In this document: positions 10,199 to 21,010 of the stretch, piece after piece | Numbering within the stretch: the first letter of the stretch is position 1 | How the letters are laid out: each line of letters opens with the position of its first letter | Virus record (IMG/VR): IMGVR_UViG_3300045557_000045 | Coordinates: 1 to 31,122 of that record | Direction: 5' to 3' (one strand) | Origin: a virus | Taxonomy: Duplodnaviria > Caudoviricetes | DNA: 31,122 bases | The notes under the pieces: model-generated | The model's input: the letters and a program-made list of their open reading frames with translations, nothing else | The model's database searches: none | Told to the model about the DNA's origin: nothing | Made by a program: the position numbers and the translations under genes

Positions 10199-11506
10199 TC
10201 AATATGCCGCCGCGTCAGCAGTCAGGATCGATACTGTTACCGGGGGTTCCACATTTGTTGCGAGGCCCGGTTTAAAACCCTTGAACTTGATCCCGAGATC
10301 CAGGGCGTCTCCATTCGCCGAAACACTTGGTGTTTCCGAAATCTCGCTATATGGAAGCTCGATGAGCATGAGTCCCTTCACTCCAAGTTCGAACTGGTTC
10401 TCGACTTCATAGTAGAGGAACTGGATGGCGACATTCTCTCCCGTTTCTGCCTTCGCCCGCTCCTGCACGGAGGTCGTATCGAGACTGAGCGCAAGTTCGC
10501 CGGATGCGGCGAATTTGCCTTTCTGCTGGTAGGTCCTATCGATGCTATCGTCTGCCTGGCCGTAGCCATCCTCGGTGTGTCCGGTTTCGAACTTGAGCGA
10601 GTGTTTTCGGACCTGGGAATAACGAGTACCCGCCAAGGAAGTGAAGCCGCCGCCGAACTTGTAGGGCTTCATGGTAGGTACAGCCAACTCGGATGCAGAT
10701 ACTCCACTGGTTTCCTTCATGCCAAGAACATCGACATCCGCCTCGATGTCGGCTTTCTGTTCGCCACTCAGCGAGAGGTTGTTGAAGACATTGCCGTCAT
10801 AGAGGTAGTTCTGAACGAGGCCATCCTTCTGAATTGAATAGGTCGGCCGTTCGGAATCGATTGCAAGATCTGGGGTGAAACGGTGCAGGTAGGCACCGGA
10901 ACCAGTGCCGGTTAGGAATAGAAAAGCATACTTACCCTTTGCATGGAACGTACCATCGACGACCGAGACTATCATGTTCGAACCGGTCCCTGTGACGAGC
11001 GATGCCTCATAGTCAGCCAGCCCATTGATCGCTGCGACGAGTTCCTCGAGCGTGTCGTAGCCTATGGCCGTGAGGGCGATGACACCATTCGATCCGAAGT
11101 TCGCGTCGAGTATTTCACTTCCGAGCGCACCGACATACGCTGTAATCGTTTTGCCTGAGAGCGAAGCGACAATCTTGCAGGATTCTTCATTGCCTATGTA
11201 TTTGATCCTGATGGCGCCGACGACCTGCGCAGGTGTCCCCTCGTCACCGAAGTGCCTTTTAGGACATGGCCCCAGCCAGCACAACCGCGGGGAGAGAGCG
11301 GATCGAACCTTTGACATCGCCAGCTACCGCATATTCTCCGGAGGCCATCCCGAGCCCGCGATGAGCGGATCCTCTTTCTTCGTGATCGCCCGGTCGAGCG
11401 ATCCGATGTCCCTAATGGGTAATATCGCGGTACGAGCTACCGCGGTTCCCGGGCTTTCCGGAGCCTCCTTACCGATTGTGTATTTCACTAATTCCTTGGA
11501 CGGCAT
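10199..11506 (-). CDS. Major tail tube protein (frameshifts near N-terminus)
   Basis: N-terminus MPSKELVKYTIGKEAPESPGTAV... with SD AGGAGG; AYLHRFTP...PTYSIQKD...YDGNVFNNLSL pattern typical of siphophage tube proteins; synteny. Confidence 0.75.
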
Positions 11507-11555
11507 GTTGTCCTCCTTTTCCCCGCTGAAGGCGGAGATGTTCTATCTCAATACC

Positions 11556-12098
11556 TCATTCACATATGAGTTCGAACTTCACCGATAAATTTCCAACCAC
11601 AAACCCGACCTTTGACGACGGCACCTCTTCCTTATCCACCGTGGAGAATCGCGCGCTGTCGACAATTCCGCCGAGCGTTCCATCTTTGCCGATGGCATGC
11701 ACAAAGGCGTCGATGTATCTGAAAAGCGTGGGTGGTAATCTCTTCTCGTTGTTCTCCTGGAGTGCCACGATGAGCTTCAGATGTAGGGTTATCCAGTCTG
11801 ATAGCTGACCTGCGGATTCCGTCTCAAGGTCATCAAAGATAAGCAACAGATACGGGAACGGACCTGAAGCAGGAATCAGCGTTCCTACACCGACTTTCTT
11901 GAATGGTTGCACTTCAAAATCGAAAGTAAGATCTTCGAAGAGATCACTCAGTGATAACATAGAGTCATCAGGGAGAAGCGCAGCATCAGTTTTCCATGCT
12001 GCGATTTGACCGTTCGCCTCAGCGAGTGCCAAAGGAAGAGCGTTCGCAAACCAAGTGCCGACGGAATAGAGAACGGATTCTATATTATTGTAAGTCAT
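11556..12098 (-). CDS. Tail terminator/completion protein
   Basis: Size, position before the tube gene, and PFPYLLL and DGTLGGIV motifs. Confidence 0.6.
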   Translation of the reverse strand: MTYNNIESVLYSVGTWFANALPLALAEANGQIAAWKTDAALLPDDSMLSLSDLFEDLTFDFEVQPFKKVGVGTLIPASGPFPYLLLIFDDLETESAGQLSDWITLHLKLIVALQENNEKRLPPTLFRYIDAFVHAIGKDGTLGGIVDSARFSTVDKEEVPSSKVGFVVGNLSVKFELICE

Positions 12099-12636
12099 AG
12101 ATCGTCCTTCGGCACGTAGTGCTCCTCTTGTGCAAGCCGCTTTGTTTCACGCCCAATGATCTCTTCTTCTGTCCTACGGAAGGCGTCATCCCAGTTGAAA
12201 CCTTTCGCTGAGTCACTCATGAACGGCCTCTCCTGACCACGGATAAGTTTCGTGAATACGAGCGATCCATCTGGGGCGGCAAAACAGAGCGCCTTCGCGT
12301 CCTTTGGCCGTATGGTATAGCCACCGGCATGCTCATAAATGTTCGCGAGCTTGATATTTGAGACATCAAACTTGCCTGATGCCTTGTTCATGATTCCTGT
12401 CGATCCAATCCGATAGACGATGGTCTTACCTCGTTTTTTCCAAACTGTGAGGGATTTCTGAAGCTGTCCCGATCGCTTTCCTAGATACTGGCCAGACAAG
12501 TAGTTCCTCTTGAGATCCTTCCGGTAGCGGTATGCGACAATCCGGAAGACTCGGTTCACAAGCTTCGGCGCCGCCTGGCCGAATTTCTCCATATCCTCTT
12601 CGAGTGTCCGGACACGACGATTTGTATGGCGATCAT
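12095..12636 (-). CDS. Neck/tail-completion protein (HK97 gp10-like)
   Basis: RSGQLQKSL and ERPFM motifs; likely start ATG at 12636 overlaps the previous stop (frameshift after about 10 codons). Confidence 0.7.
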
Positions 12637-13238
12637 GCGCGTTTGTCCCTGAAATCTTCGAGCATGTCCTGAATGTCAAGCGGCATGCTCGTTTCCCACG
12701 ACTGACTTGTCCCGTCCGTAGTAATGCTCGACTTCATGCCGATGCCTCCCGTCGGTCCACCGCGGCCATCCATCCATTTTACGAGTTCGGAACAGGCTTC
12801 CTGGAGAACCTGCCATTCCCTCGATGTCACTAGGTATCCCGCAGTGCACTCGAGTTTTATGGTGCCGACGCCTAAGGACGAGCAGCGATTCCCATGGAGC
12901 TTGATGAGTCCTGTTGGGCCATCGATCGTGAAGTCGACTGGATCAACCTCGGTGTCGGGGCCGAAGACCCTCGAGCTATCGAGATAGAGATGGCTCACCA
13001 CTGTAAGGGGATAGTGCGGCGACACGATTATCTGCCGCCCCGTACCATCGAGAATGAGCGCCGTCGCTCCGGCATACTCCGCGCTTTTGAGCGTTCGTCC
13101 GACATATAGTTCGATCCTGCTTGATGCTCTATTGATGAGTGTCTGTATCTTGTTCTCGAGTGAAGAATCGACCGCGCCGAAGACAGCTGCATAGTCGTCG
13201 ATCGTAATGATTGCATTGTCGGCTGGAGTAACGGGCAT
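12633..13238 (-). CDS. Head-tail connector (adaptor) protein
   Basis: MPVTPADNAIITIDD...IQTLINRASSRIELYVGRTL...CTAGY...MPLDIQDMLEDFR; C-terminal part of ORF 12633..13718. Confidence 0.8.
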   Translation of the reverse strand: MPVTPADNAIITIDDYAAVFGAVDSSLENKIQTLINRASSRIELYVGRTLKSAEYAGATALILDGTGRQIIVSPHYPLTVVSHLYLDSSRVFGPDTEVDPVDFTIDGPTGLIKLHGNRCSSLGVGTIKLECTAGYLVTSREWQVLQEACSELVKWMDGRGGPTGGIGMKSSITTDGTSQSWETSMPLDIQDMLEDFRDKRA

Positions 13239-13249
13239 TTGGGCTATCC

Positions 13250-13673
13250 TCAACTCATCTGGTGCGGGCGGCCTTTGACGACAAGTGCGGAAACGGGCGT
13301 GCCGTTCCATGCGTACCTGAGAAATCCGCAAGCAGCTCAACATATCGTTTCCCGCCGATGTACCCGTACTGATCAACTGTCGCGCGGCGTGTGCCGAAGT
13401 GAGACTCTTGATGATTCCGCCTGTTCCAATTATTGGCGACCCTACGAGATCAGATGAGGCAACCGCCGCATAGGTCTCATTGTCGTCGGAGTGCAGCAGC
13501 TTGAACTCGATCTTGTTCGTGCTGTCGAAGGTGATACCACCGACACCGACCTGCAAAACGATCTCTGCGGCCTCGAAATTAGCCAGGTCTGCGCCTACAG
13601 GCGTATTGTCGGCATCTAGGACTGCCGGGGCGATCAGCTCAGCAACCTCAATTTTGTCGTGAATGTCTTTCAT
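13250..13673 (-). CDS. Putative head decoration/accessory capsid protein
   Basis: MKDIHDKIEVAELIAPAV...DLANFEAAEIVL...LLHSDD; SD AAGGAG; directly follows the capsid gene; frameshifts fuse it to the connector in the ORF track. Confidence 0.6.
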
Positions 13674-13726
13674 TCCACTTTCTCCTTTGGCGGCGAACTC
13701 CCCGCCGCCATGCTTCATGCCTTCGA

Positions 13727-14909
13727 TCAGCTCACGGCGATCTTCATAACCTTGATCGCCTCGAAGTTGACGACATCGCCACCGACGCGTTTGGTCGTGT
13801 AGAAACTGACCGATCCCTTCGTGGTGTACGGATCCGCGAGGATTTTGACGCCTCTGCGATCGACGATCTGGTACCCCATTTTGAAGTCGCCGAATGCGAC
13901 AGCGAGCGCGTCCGCCGCCACGTCGGGCATGTTGTCCGAGGTCACGAGCGGCTTACCAAGGAGCATGTCCGGGATGTCGATTTGGAACGAGGGCTGCCAG
14001 AGATAGTTCCCCTGGCCATCCTTGAACTTGCGGACCTTTGCCAGCGTGGTGTCGTTCATGAGGAACGTCCCTCGCGCTCGATAGACCGTTTTCAGCGCAT
14101 GGATGAGATCGATGAATTTGTCGGACGGATTGGTGGCAGCAAAATCGCTTGCGGCGCCAGAGGCGATATAGCCGAGCTTTCCCCATGCATAGGACGCATT
14201 TGCGACAGCATCGTATGCGAGGAATCCCTTCGGTTTTCCAACTCCATCTCCCGAGATGAATGCAGCATCCTCGAGATCTGCGAAGGTGAGACCGCACTCT
14301 TCAGCGAGCCAAGCGGCGACATCGAATTCAATATCTTCGATCGATTCATTCGTCGCCGCAGGCTGCGCAAAAAGCTCACGCGCGAAGATCTCGATCTGTG
14401 CGAACTGCGGAGTACCTGTTCCGCCGGACCGAGAACTCCCCTCGGACGCCCAGCCCCCGGTCGTACCGCCGAGGTTGACGTTTTTCACATACGACTGCCG
14501 TCCGATCGTGCGCACATTAGCAAGCAGCCGCATGGCGACCGATTTACTCGCGATGCGGCTGATTGAGGTGTCGATCTCCGGAAGCACAACATAGCCACCA
14601 TCGACATTGGTCTGGGTATTGACTGTATCCTTGAACTCCCGTTCTGCCGAGAGCGCATCCATTTGGTGAGCTCAACGATCGCTGCGGAGGGGCGATTATC
14701 CATGCCGATCTGCATCTCCACACCAGCCATTGCTCGATTGATTTGAGCCTTTACCTCGACGATCGCTTTATCGAGGTTCTCGAGTTTGGAATCGAGCTCT
14801 GCGTGGCCCTGGTTTTTCTCGAGCGCCGCAAGCCTGGCATCGTTCGTTTCGCGATATTCCTTCCAGGCTTTTCCAAGATCCTCAAAAGCCGCTTTAATTC
14901 AGCATCCAT
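13727..14909 (-). CDS. HK97-fold major capsid protein with N-terminal delta domain (frameshifts in N-terminus)
   Basis: DGGYVVLPE, EDAAFISGDGVGKPKGFL, KFKDGQGNYLWQP, FGDFKMGYQIVDR, FYTTKRVGG; start MDAELKAAFEDLGK after SD GGAG. Confidence 0.95.
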
Positions 14910-14919
14910 GTCTTTACTC

Positions 14920-15709
14920 CTATGCGAGGATTTTCGCGAGCCCGTGAATGGACTCGATTATTTCGGCCATATCATCGGTGTCCAGTGTCGCATCATCCCG
15001 ATGTGCCGCTTTCCATCCGCCGGAGGCAATGGCCTTCGCCTCTGTCAAAGTCGCACCGGCGTCCCGCAGGAACGACTCAAAATCACGAATTGTTTTGCAC
15101 GCACGAAAACCTGTTTCTTGCGTTGGAATGGTGCATGTATGAATTTGAACCTTGACACATCGCAGAGCGCGGCGGCCTTTACTGAAGCATTAACGGTCGA
15201 TGCGAAGCCAGCTTCTTGTGCTTCTTCTGCTGTGAGCCACGTCTCTGCATCCATCATGGCCTGGATTTCCTTCTCTGTCTTAGTAGAACGGGCAACATAG
15301 ATCGATACGATCTCGCTCTGCATTTTATCGAGTACGCCAGCGTCATGTCGGAGCTGTTCTGCGTCCCCCCAGCTGATAGTCCAAGGGTTATGGATCATGA
15401 AGTAAGTTCCCTCATCCATCGAAAGGCTTCGGCCAGCGAGTGCCACAACCGAGCCCATAGACGCCGCGAGCCCGATGATTTCTATGTCGAGCTTGTCGCG
15501 AACTCCGGCAAGAATGTTATAGATCGCCATTCCATCGGTCACAGAACCGCCTGGAGTATTCAACATGAGATGGATATTCTTGGCGCTCTTTACAATGTCA
15601 AAGTCCTTTTTGAAATCCGCAACTTGGACGCCGAATCCGCCAATCTCATCAAAGATCGAGAGCTCCGCACGTCTTCCTTTATGTCCATCGAGTACCATTT
15701 CGTCCTCAT
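14920..15709 (-). CDS. ClpP-type (S14) prohead protease
   Basis: LNTPGGSV, GLAASMGS (Ser), FMIHNP (His), ETWLTAEEA; start MRTKWY at 15709; C-terminus RDFESFLRDAG after a frameshift. Confidence 0.9.
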
Positions 15710-16920
15710 GCGTTTCCTCCTTGGAGCTGTTTCGCGTTCTGAAGTTCCGCCGTCGATCGATAATCATCTCCATTGTCGATCGGATTTTCATTTTCTTTTG
15801 CGCGTATTTCATTCTTCGAAAGAATCCCCAGTTCCGCGCAATAGCGTATGCTTCGTAACGGCTCTTGAGATCGCCGCGCAGAATCGCATCGAGATTGAAT
15901 TCTGGAAAGTAAAGTTGTGGTGCTGTGAAGAGTTTCTGATGCAGTGCCTGCTCGATATTCACTGCCCATGGACGGATGCAGTGAGTCACAAACGACAGCA
16001 TGAACTGTTCAGAAGAAGCATATGTGACGGTAGAGGTATCCGATTGCAGCAAGAACATTGGGACGCCAAAGAGCCCTGCGATATCCGCCCGCTGGAAGCG
16101 TCGGGTCTCAATAAACTGCGCATCTTCTGCGGTGATCCCAACCTTTTCATAGGTCGCATCTTCCCCGAGCAATGTATCTTGTGAGCGTTGCGTGATCCTT
16201 GGTGATCGTCATTCCAGATCTCGCGTATACGATCTGCTTGATCCTTCTTGATCGGTCCTTTTACTTTTATTACGCCATCGGGTGTGGCACCATTCCGCCA
16301 ATACGAACCAGTATGCTCTTGCGTGGCAAGAGCGGATCCGAAACTTTCTCTTGCGTCACCAATCACCGACCTACCCAGAACTCCATCCGAGGAAAGTCCT
16401 CGAATATGCAGCATCTTCTCTTGTGGTATAAGGACGGGTCCGCTGCCATTCGGGGGATCATACGTATATTGCAGGCTGAAGTCGCCTCGTTGCGCAACGG
16501 TCACACGACCCGGATCAAGCGGGATGAGGTCGGTAATCACTCCATTCTCAAGGCTAAGAATCCGAGCAAAATAATTTCCTCGCGTCAGAAGGTGTACCAA
16601 CATCTGCTGACGCCAAAGAAAGGAGGATTGCCAAACATTTGGTTGAGTATGTAATAGGTTATAATTTGCATGAGTTCGTGCGATTTCACGACCGCCGACA
16701 TCGAGGCGTTTGTAAATATCCAAAGGTAGTGACGCAATCGTATATGAAATGATCCTGATGCAGGCGTTGACCGTGAGGATACGCATTGCGCTTTCAGCAT
16801 CGACGGCGACACCTGAAGATGACCCGAAATAACGCCGCTCGCCTGCTCGAGCACCTTGAGCCAATCATCAGTGAAGGTCATTGCTTTCCATACAAGGCCG
16901 ATTCTGTCGCGGAGTTTCAT
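15706..16920 (-). CDS. HK97-family portal protein (frameshifted)
   Basis: AMRILTVNACIRIISYTIASLPL, HIRGLSSDGVLGRS, DAQFIETRRF..DIAGLFGVP, NEIRAKENENP. Confidence 0.93.
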
Positions 16921-18637
16921 CCGATGACCTCCTCGGCGATTACTTCTCGCAGACTGCTCGATGCAAGTACCGCTCCACGCCCCAATGCCATTACGGCAGC
17001 CACAATCCCATCAATACGTTTACCGGAGGCGTCACGCCTTGGCTTCATCGGCATGATGTTGCTTTGTCGATCGCTCTTCACTTCCGTACATGCCATCATC
17101 CAACGGAGAATGGGGTTGCCATCATGAGCGAGTTCCTTAGCCAGAATTTTCTTTTCGAAGGTGTCGGAATAAACCGCCATGGGGTTATAGCGTTGTGGAC
17201 ATTTCACCATCTCAAAATCTGCTGAAAGATGGTTCACGATCTCCTGTGCTTTCCATGGATCGTACATAATCTCATCGATGATGAACTTCTGTGATAAAGA
17301 AAGAATCTCCTGCTCAATGAAATCATAGTCGACGATATTCCCCGGGGTCGTAATAATAAGCCCATCCTTCGCCCAAAGAGTGTAAGGTCGATTGTCACGC
17401 TTTTCCGCTTCCAGAATATTGTCTTCGGGATAGAAGAACCTTGGCACGATATACCAGGGTTCTCCTTCTTTAATGGGCATGAATGCAAAGACCAGCGCAG
17501 TAAAATCCGTTGTTGACGATAGATCAATACCGAGAATGCAGTGACGTCCAATGAGTTCATCTTCTGTATATGTTCTCTTGCAAGCCATCCACTGCTCATC
17601 GGTATCCAGCGTGTTGCAGCTTGCGTCCAGATATCGAAGTTCTTTGTCAGGATATCATTCTGTTTTGCAGGTACAGCTTTCGCCATCTGCACCCGACCGA
17701 TCAAATAGTCTTCCTTGACGGAGACTCCGAGATTCGGATTCGCTTTGATCCATACTCTGGATCAGTCCAGTCATCACCATCATCGAGTGTATAGATAATA
17801 GCAAAGTAATTTTCTGGTTTGGGATCTATTGAACCTTCGAGCATCTGCTGAGCGAGGGTGAATTCCTGCGTATAACAGGGACCGGTCTTGTCCAATCCCG
17901 CGGTGGTGATGATAACGACAAGCGGCTGTTCACGGGCGCCCATACCTGATTCGATGACCTCGAGAAGCGAGGCATCTGGATGCGCATGGTATTCGTCGAT
18001 TAGCGCAAATGAGGGATTGAGACCATCCTCGGTATCTGAATCACGACCGAGAGGCTTCATACGTGCAGCCTCGTCGGCGAGTTTGACGATGACCTGTTTC
18101 GATTCGTAGCATTTTGAACGTTTCGCGAGGGCGGAGCATTTTACTATCTGCTGTTTTGCCTCTCGCCAGGCAATAGCTGCTTGCTCCTGTTTTGTTGCAC
18201 CAAAGTAGATCTCGGCCGTGCTCTATAGGCTGATCAGCGAAAAAGACATAGTTTGCGATTCCCGCACTTCTGTCGTCTTGCCACTCTTTCGTGCGACTTG
18301 GATATAGGCGCGGCTGAATCTACGGAGCCGTGTCTTATATGAATCCAGCCAAAAATTTCAGCAATATGGAACTGTTGCCAGTCTTCCAGCTTGATCTTGT
18401 TGCTTCTGCCACCATATGTGGATGCCCAGATACCCTTTGTATGTGATAGCTGCTGAATGAAGTCGATCGGACGCTGTGCAAGTGAGGAGTCAAACATATA
18501 CGGGAAGTCTTCGGTTCCTTGCCGCTTCAGATCCTCGACATGACGTTTGACTGCGAGCTTCACCCACTTGCATGCAACAACCTTCCGGTCTGGACATCAT
18601 CGATGTACCGCTGCCATCCATGCACCGGACTAGTCAT
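16917..18637 (-). CDS. terL: Terminase large subunit (frameshifted; start approximate)
   Basis: Walker A VARKSGKT, Walker B ALIDEYHAH, IITTAG, nuclease motifs GIDLSSTTD and RIDGIVAAVMA. Confidence 0.93.
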
Positions 18638-18680
18638 GAGCAATATCCCTATGGTCGTGATGCAAAGGATTATCCATCGT

Positions 18681-19178
18681 CTACCTCGTGCCATTGAGCA
18701 GCGCCTCCATGGGATCGTTTGTTGCCGTGTCCTTCTTCTGGACCTTGATCCTCGTTCGGCTTGCTGGCGACATGCCGAATAGGTTCATATATTCGCGGCA
18801 TTCCTTGCGGGCGACTGTAGCAATCGATAGCTCAGGTATTTGCTGGCTATATCCATTGGGTGTGACCATCACAAGACTGCCATCATGCATCTCTTGATAT
18901 CGTGCGACCGCCATCTCTGCATCGAGCATGCGTTCGTAGGCGAGGCAATAGGACTCGAGCGCGGAAAGATCTACCTCAGCGAGTGTGCCCTGTTCGATAA
19001 GAAGAGGTGCTACCCGTTTCCATTCAGCAATTGCCTTTTTATGCCCACGAAGTGCTTTCCCTGGCTTGGGAGCTTCAGTAAGGGGCTTCGCTTGAGCATT
19101 ATCCTTGGCACGAGACGGTTTGAAAGTTCCTTGGATTATTTTCTGAGAATCGGGGATGGGAGGTCGACCTGAATTCAT
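18681..19178 (-). CDS. terS: Terminase small subunit, P27 family
   Basis: GRPPIP...GT, EWKRVAPLL...DLSALESYC, FGMSPASRTRI. Confidence 0.92.
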   Translation of the reverse strand: MNSGRPPIPDSQKIIQGTFKPSRAKDNAQAKPLTEAPKPGKALRGHKKAIAEWKRVAPLLIEQGTLAEVDLSALESYCLAYERMLDAEMAVARYQEMHDGSLVMVTPNGYSQQIPELSIATVARKECREYMNLFGMSPASRTRIKVQKKDTATNDPMEALLNGTR

Positions 19179-19633
19179 TGGATACCCCCCTCTTGAATTT
19201 TGGCCGTGAAAAAGTTTGAGTAACCACGCGCGGTATATGTTTTTGTCTCTAAAGAAATTGACTCCCCCCGCCTCCTGTTGCCGAAGCCACCATCTTCTCG
19301 ATTCGTTTTGCTTGAATGCTCGCCATGGAGCTTGGGGATGAGCGTATACTTTCGATGATCTGGTTCTCGCTTGGGGTCGTAAGGCGGATTGTGGTCGATG
19401 TCATAGAAGCGCCATTGGCGCTCGGGGATACCGAACTTTCTGAGCACTTCTTCACGGATCTTTCGCCATTCATAACCATAGCCACGGCTTGAGGGAGAGC
19501 TCTTTCTATTGCGTAAGGCGCCAGGGATTATTTGATGAGAGGCTAGACGATGGAGTTCGCAATAGCCGGATGAATCATTGGTGAGGTTGGGGCAGTAGGG
19601 ATTCTTGCACATTCTGGCCGGCTTCGTGGGCAC
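19175..19633 (-). CDS. Packaging-associated HNH endonuclease
   Basis: GTG start at 19633 (MPTKPARMCKNPYCPNLT..GYCELH), SSRGYGYEWRKIR, DIDH...HSSKT; SD AAGGGAG; directly upstream of terS. Confidence 0.85.
   Translation of the reverse strand: MPTKPARMCKNPYCPNLTNDSSGYCELHRLASHQIIPGALRNRKSSPSSRGYGYEWRKIREEVLRKFGIPERQWRFYDIDHNPPYDPKREPDHRKYTLIPKLHGEHSSKTNREDGGFGNRRRGESISLETKTYTARGYSNFFTAKIQEGGIQ
19184..19270. other. Probable cos/packaging-site region
   Basis: G-run / near-palindrome accacgcgcggt (19223-19234) / G-run layout immediately upstream of terS, where HK97-like cos phages carry cos; exact cut site not determinable. Confidence 0.4.
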
Positions 19634-19644
19634 TTGCACTCCCT

Positions 19645-19795
19645 TCGCCGCCATAAATACGACGGGCGGCGACGTCCATCCAAGACACCTTCCATTCGGT
19701 AGTCTCGAGACGAACCTCACCGCCCGTTTATCGGTTAAGCCAGGTTGCTAATCTTCTTCCAATGCAGCCGCCCGTTTATCGGTTAGGTCTGCATT
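19645..19795 (-). ncRNA. Structured late-operon leader RNA (candidate cis-regulatory element)
   Basis: Two hairpins (19761-19795, 19713-19746) carry the identical 18-nt core UAACCGAUAAACGGGCGG on different but paired basal stems; a third hairpin follows, then an 8-bp stem (19645-19672) abutting the HNH SD. Confidence 0.6.
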
Positions 19796-19812
19796 TCATT
19801 ATTACAAGACTA

Positions 19813-19841
19813 TATATAAATCTGAACTATATGTTTGTCAA
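19813..19841 (-). promoter_or_regulatory. Putative late promoter
   Basis: Consensus TTGACA (19841-19836), 17 nt, then TATATA (imperfect -10), just upstream of the leader hairpins. Confidence 0.5.
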
Positions 19842-20007
19842 GTGAAAATCGAAAAGCAAAATTAGTTAAGGGATAAATAGTATCCTCCTTATGGTAAATT
19901 ATTTTCCCCAATATACTACTTGCTTTCAAGAATTATAGTTAATTCTGACATGTTTACAAATAAGGGTTTGAAAGAGAGTTCAGTGAATAAGCATTTAGAG
20001 TAACCTC

Positions 20008-20330
20008 TTACTTCTTCTTCTTTGGATTTACCTGTGTTGCCTTTTCATAAAGATCAAGAAGGGTGGGGATAGGGGGTGTAGCAAAGGACAATATGGTAGT
20101 ACCGGTACCGTTCCCAACAAGAAAGTCACCGTTATGTATAATGTCCATACCAATAAGAATATCGATATCAGGAGAATTTAAATCATTTTCTGTAACAAGC
20201 CAGTCTTGGAAGTATACTCCCATCATAAAACCTATATCTACCAAGTATTGATCAGCAAGTTTCTTACTATTAACACCATTTACCCATACTTTTCCACAAG
20301 GGGAAAGGTTAAGAGCCTTTACGATATTTT
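20008..20330 (-). pseudogene. C-terminal part of a retropepsin-like aspartic protease; catalytic DTG segment missing
   Basis: NIVKALNLSPCGKVWVNGVNS...DIDILIGMDIIHNGDF matches the clan AA C-terminal 'LIGMD' motif; no start and no D-T/S-G upstream. Confidence 0.65.
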
Positions 20331-20544
20331 ACGAATCTTTGAATGGCCGTATTAGTAGATCCGGTAATTTCCTGAATAAGGAATGTCCCAGGCTTATTTT
20401 CCTTTATTGCATTTGCATATGCTTCGCCCTGACTTGGGAACGCCCCAACGACTGATTCACCTACAATAACAACCCACTTCCGAGGTATTTCGTTGCAAGT
20501 TGAGCAATGTTTTTTTCATAGTAGTTATATTCACGCTCTAGCAT
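20309..20544 (-). CDS. DUF5678-like small protein (one frameshift; 3' end runs into the protease remnant)
   Basis: MLEREYNYYEKNIAQLATKYLG/KWVVIVGESVVGAFPSQGEAYANAIKENKPGTFLIQEI; SD AAGGAGG. Confidence 0.7.
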
Positions 20545-20566
20545 CTTCTACACCTCCTTTATGTTA

Positions 20567-20595
20567 ATGATATACTTATAATTTAATAGCGTCAA
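20567..20595 (-). promoter_or_regulatory. Sigma70-type promoter of the DUF5678/protease moron
   Basis: TTGACG-17 nt-TATCAT followed closely by AAAGGAGG and ATG. Confidence 0.75.
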
Positions 20596-20728
20596 TTAAA
20601 AGAATACTCTGCTTCTTTAGTGAGAGCAACAAGTCAGCATTCAGATAACCAAGATATAACAAAATGAATAAATTTGCGAAAGGTTGATCTTAATAATCTC
20701 CATCAACACCTTCTCTTTATTTTTTCGC

Positions 20729-21010
20729 TTAGGCTTCAATCATTTCGCATTTCAATAATTTGCCCTCAAGAAATATGAATCCTCTTTGCAAGCCGTCTTT
20801 GATTGTTTTCCATCCCACATGAAATCGATCATTGATTTCGACAGTCGTCGCCATATCTTCATGATTTCCACCTTCATCAGTGAAACGGTAGACTGCGCTC
20901 TTCTTTTTGAACGAGAAAGGCTTCGGTTGATTTCTGGGATCGGTAATCCGCATCCAAATGGGAAGCGGATTGGTTTCATCCCATGGAGCAATCGCGTGTT
21001 CATCGTTCAT
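20729..21010 (-). CDS. Hypothetical protein (possible C-terminal HTH-like segment)
   Basis: 93-aa ORF with SD AGGAAG, overlapping the previous gene end. Confidence 0.6.
   Translation of the reverse strand: MNDEHAIAPWDETNPLPIWMRITDPRNQPKPFSFKKKSAVYRFTDEGGNHEDMATTVEINDRFHVGWKTIKDGLQRGFIFLEGKLLKCEMIEA

Noticed and set aside
12633-13718. 361-aa decoration-connector fusion (and the 15045..16172 portal-protease fusion)
   Set aside because: Both arise from indels; separate stops and starts are visible in other frames (13250/13238 and 15706/15709)
19720-19785. CRISPR mini-array (18-bp repeat, 30-bp spacer)
   Set aside because: Only two short copies, no cas genes, and the flanks pair around each copy, which fits RNA hairpins better
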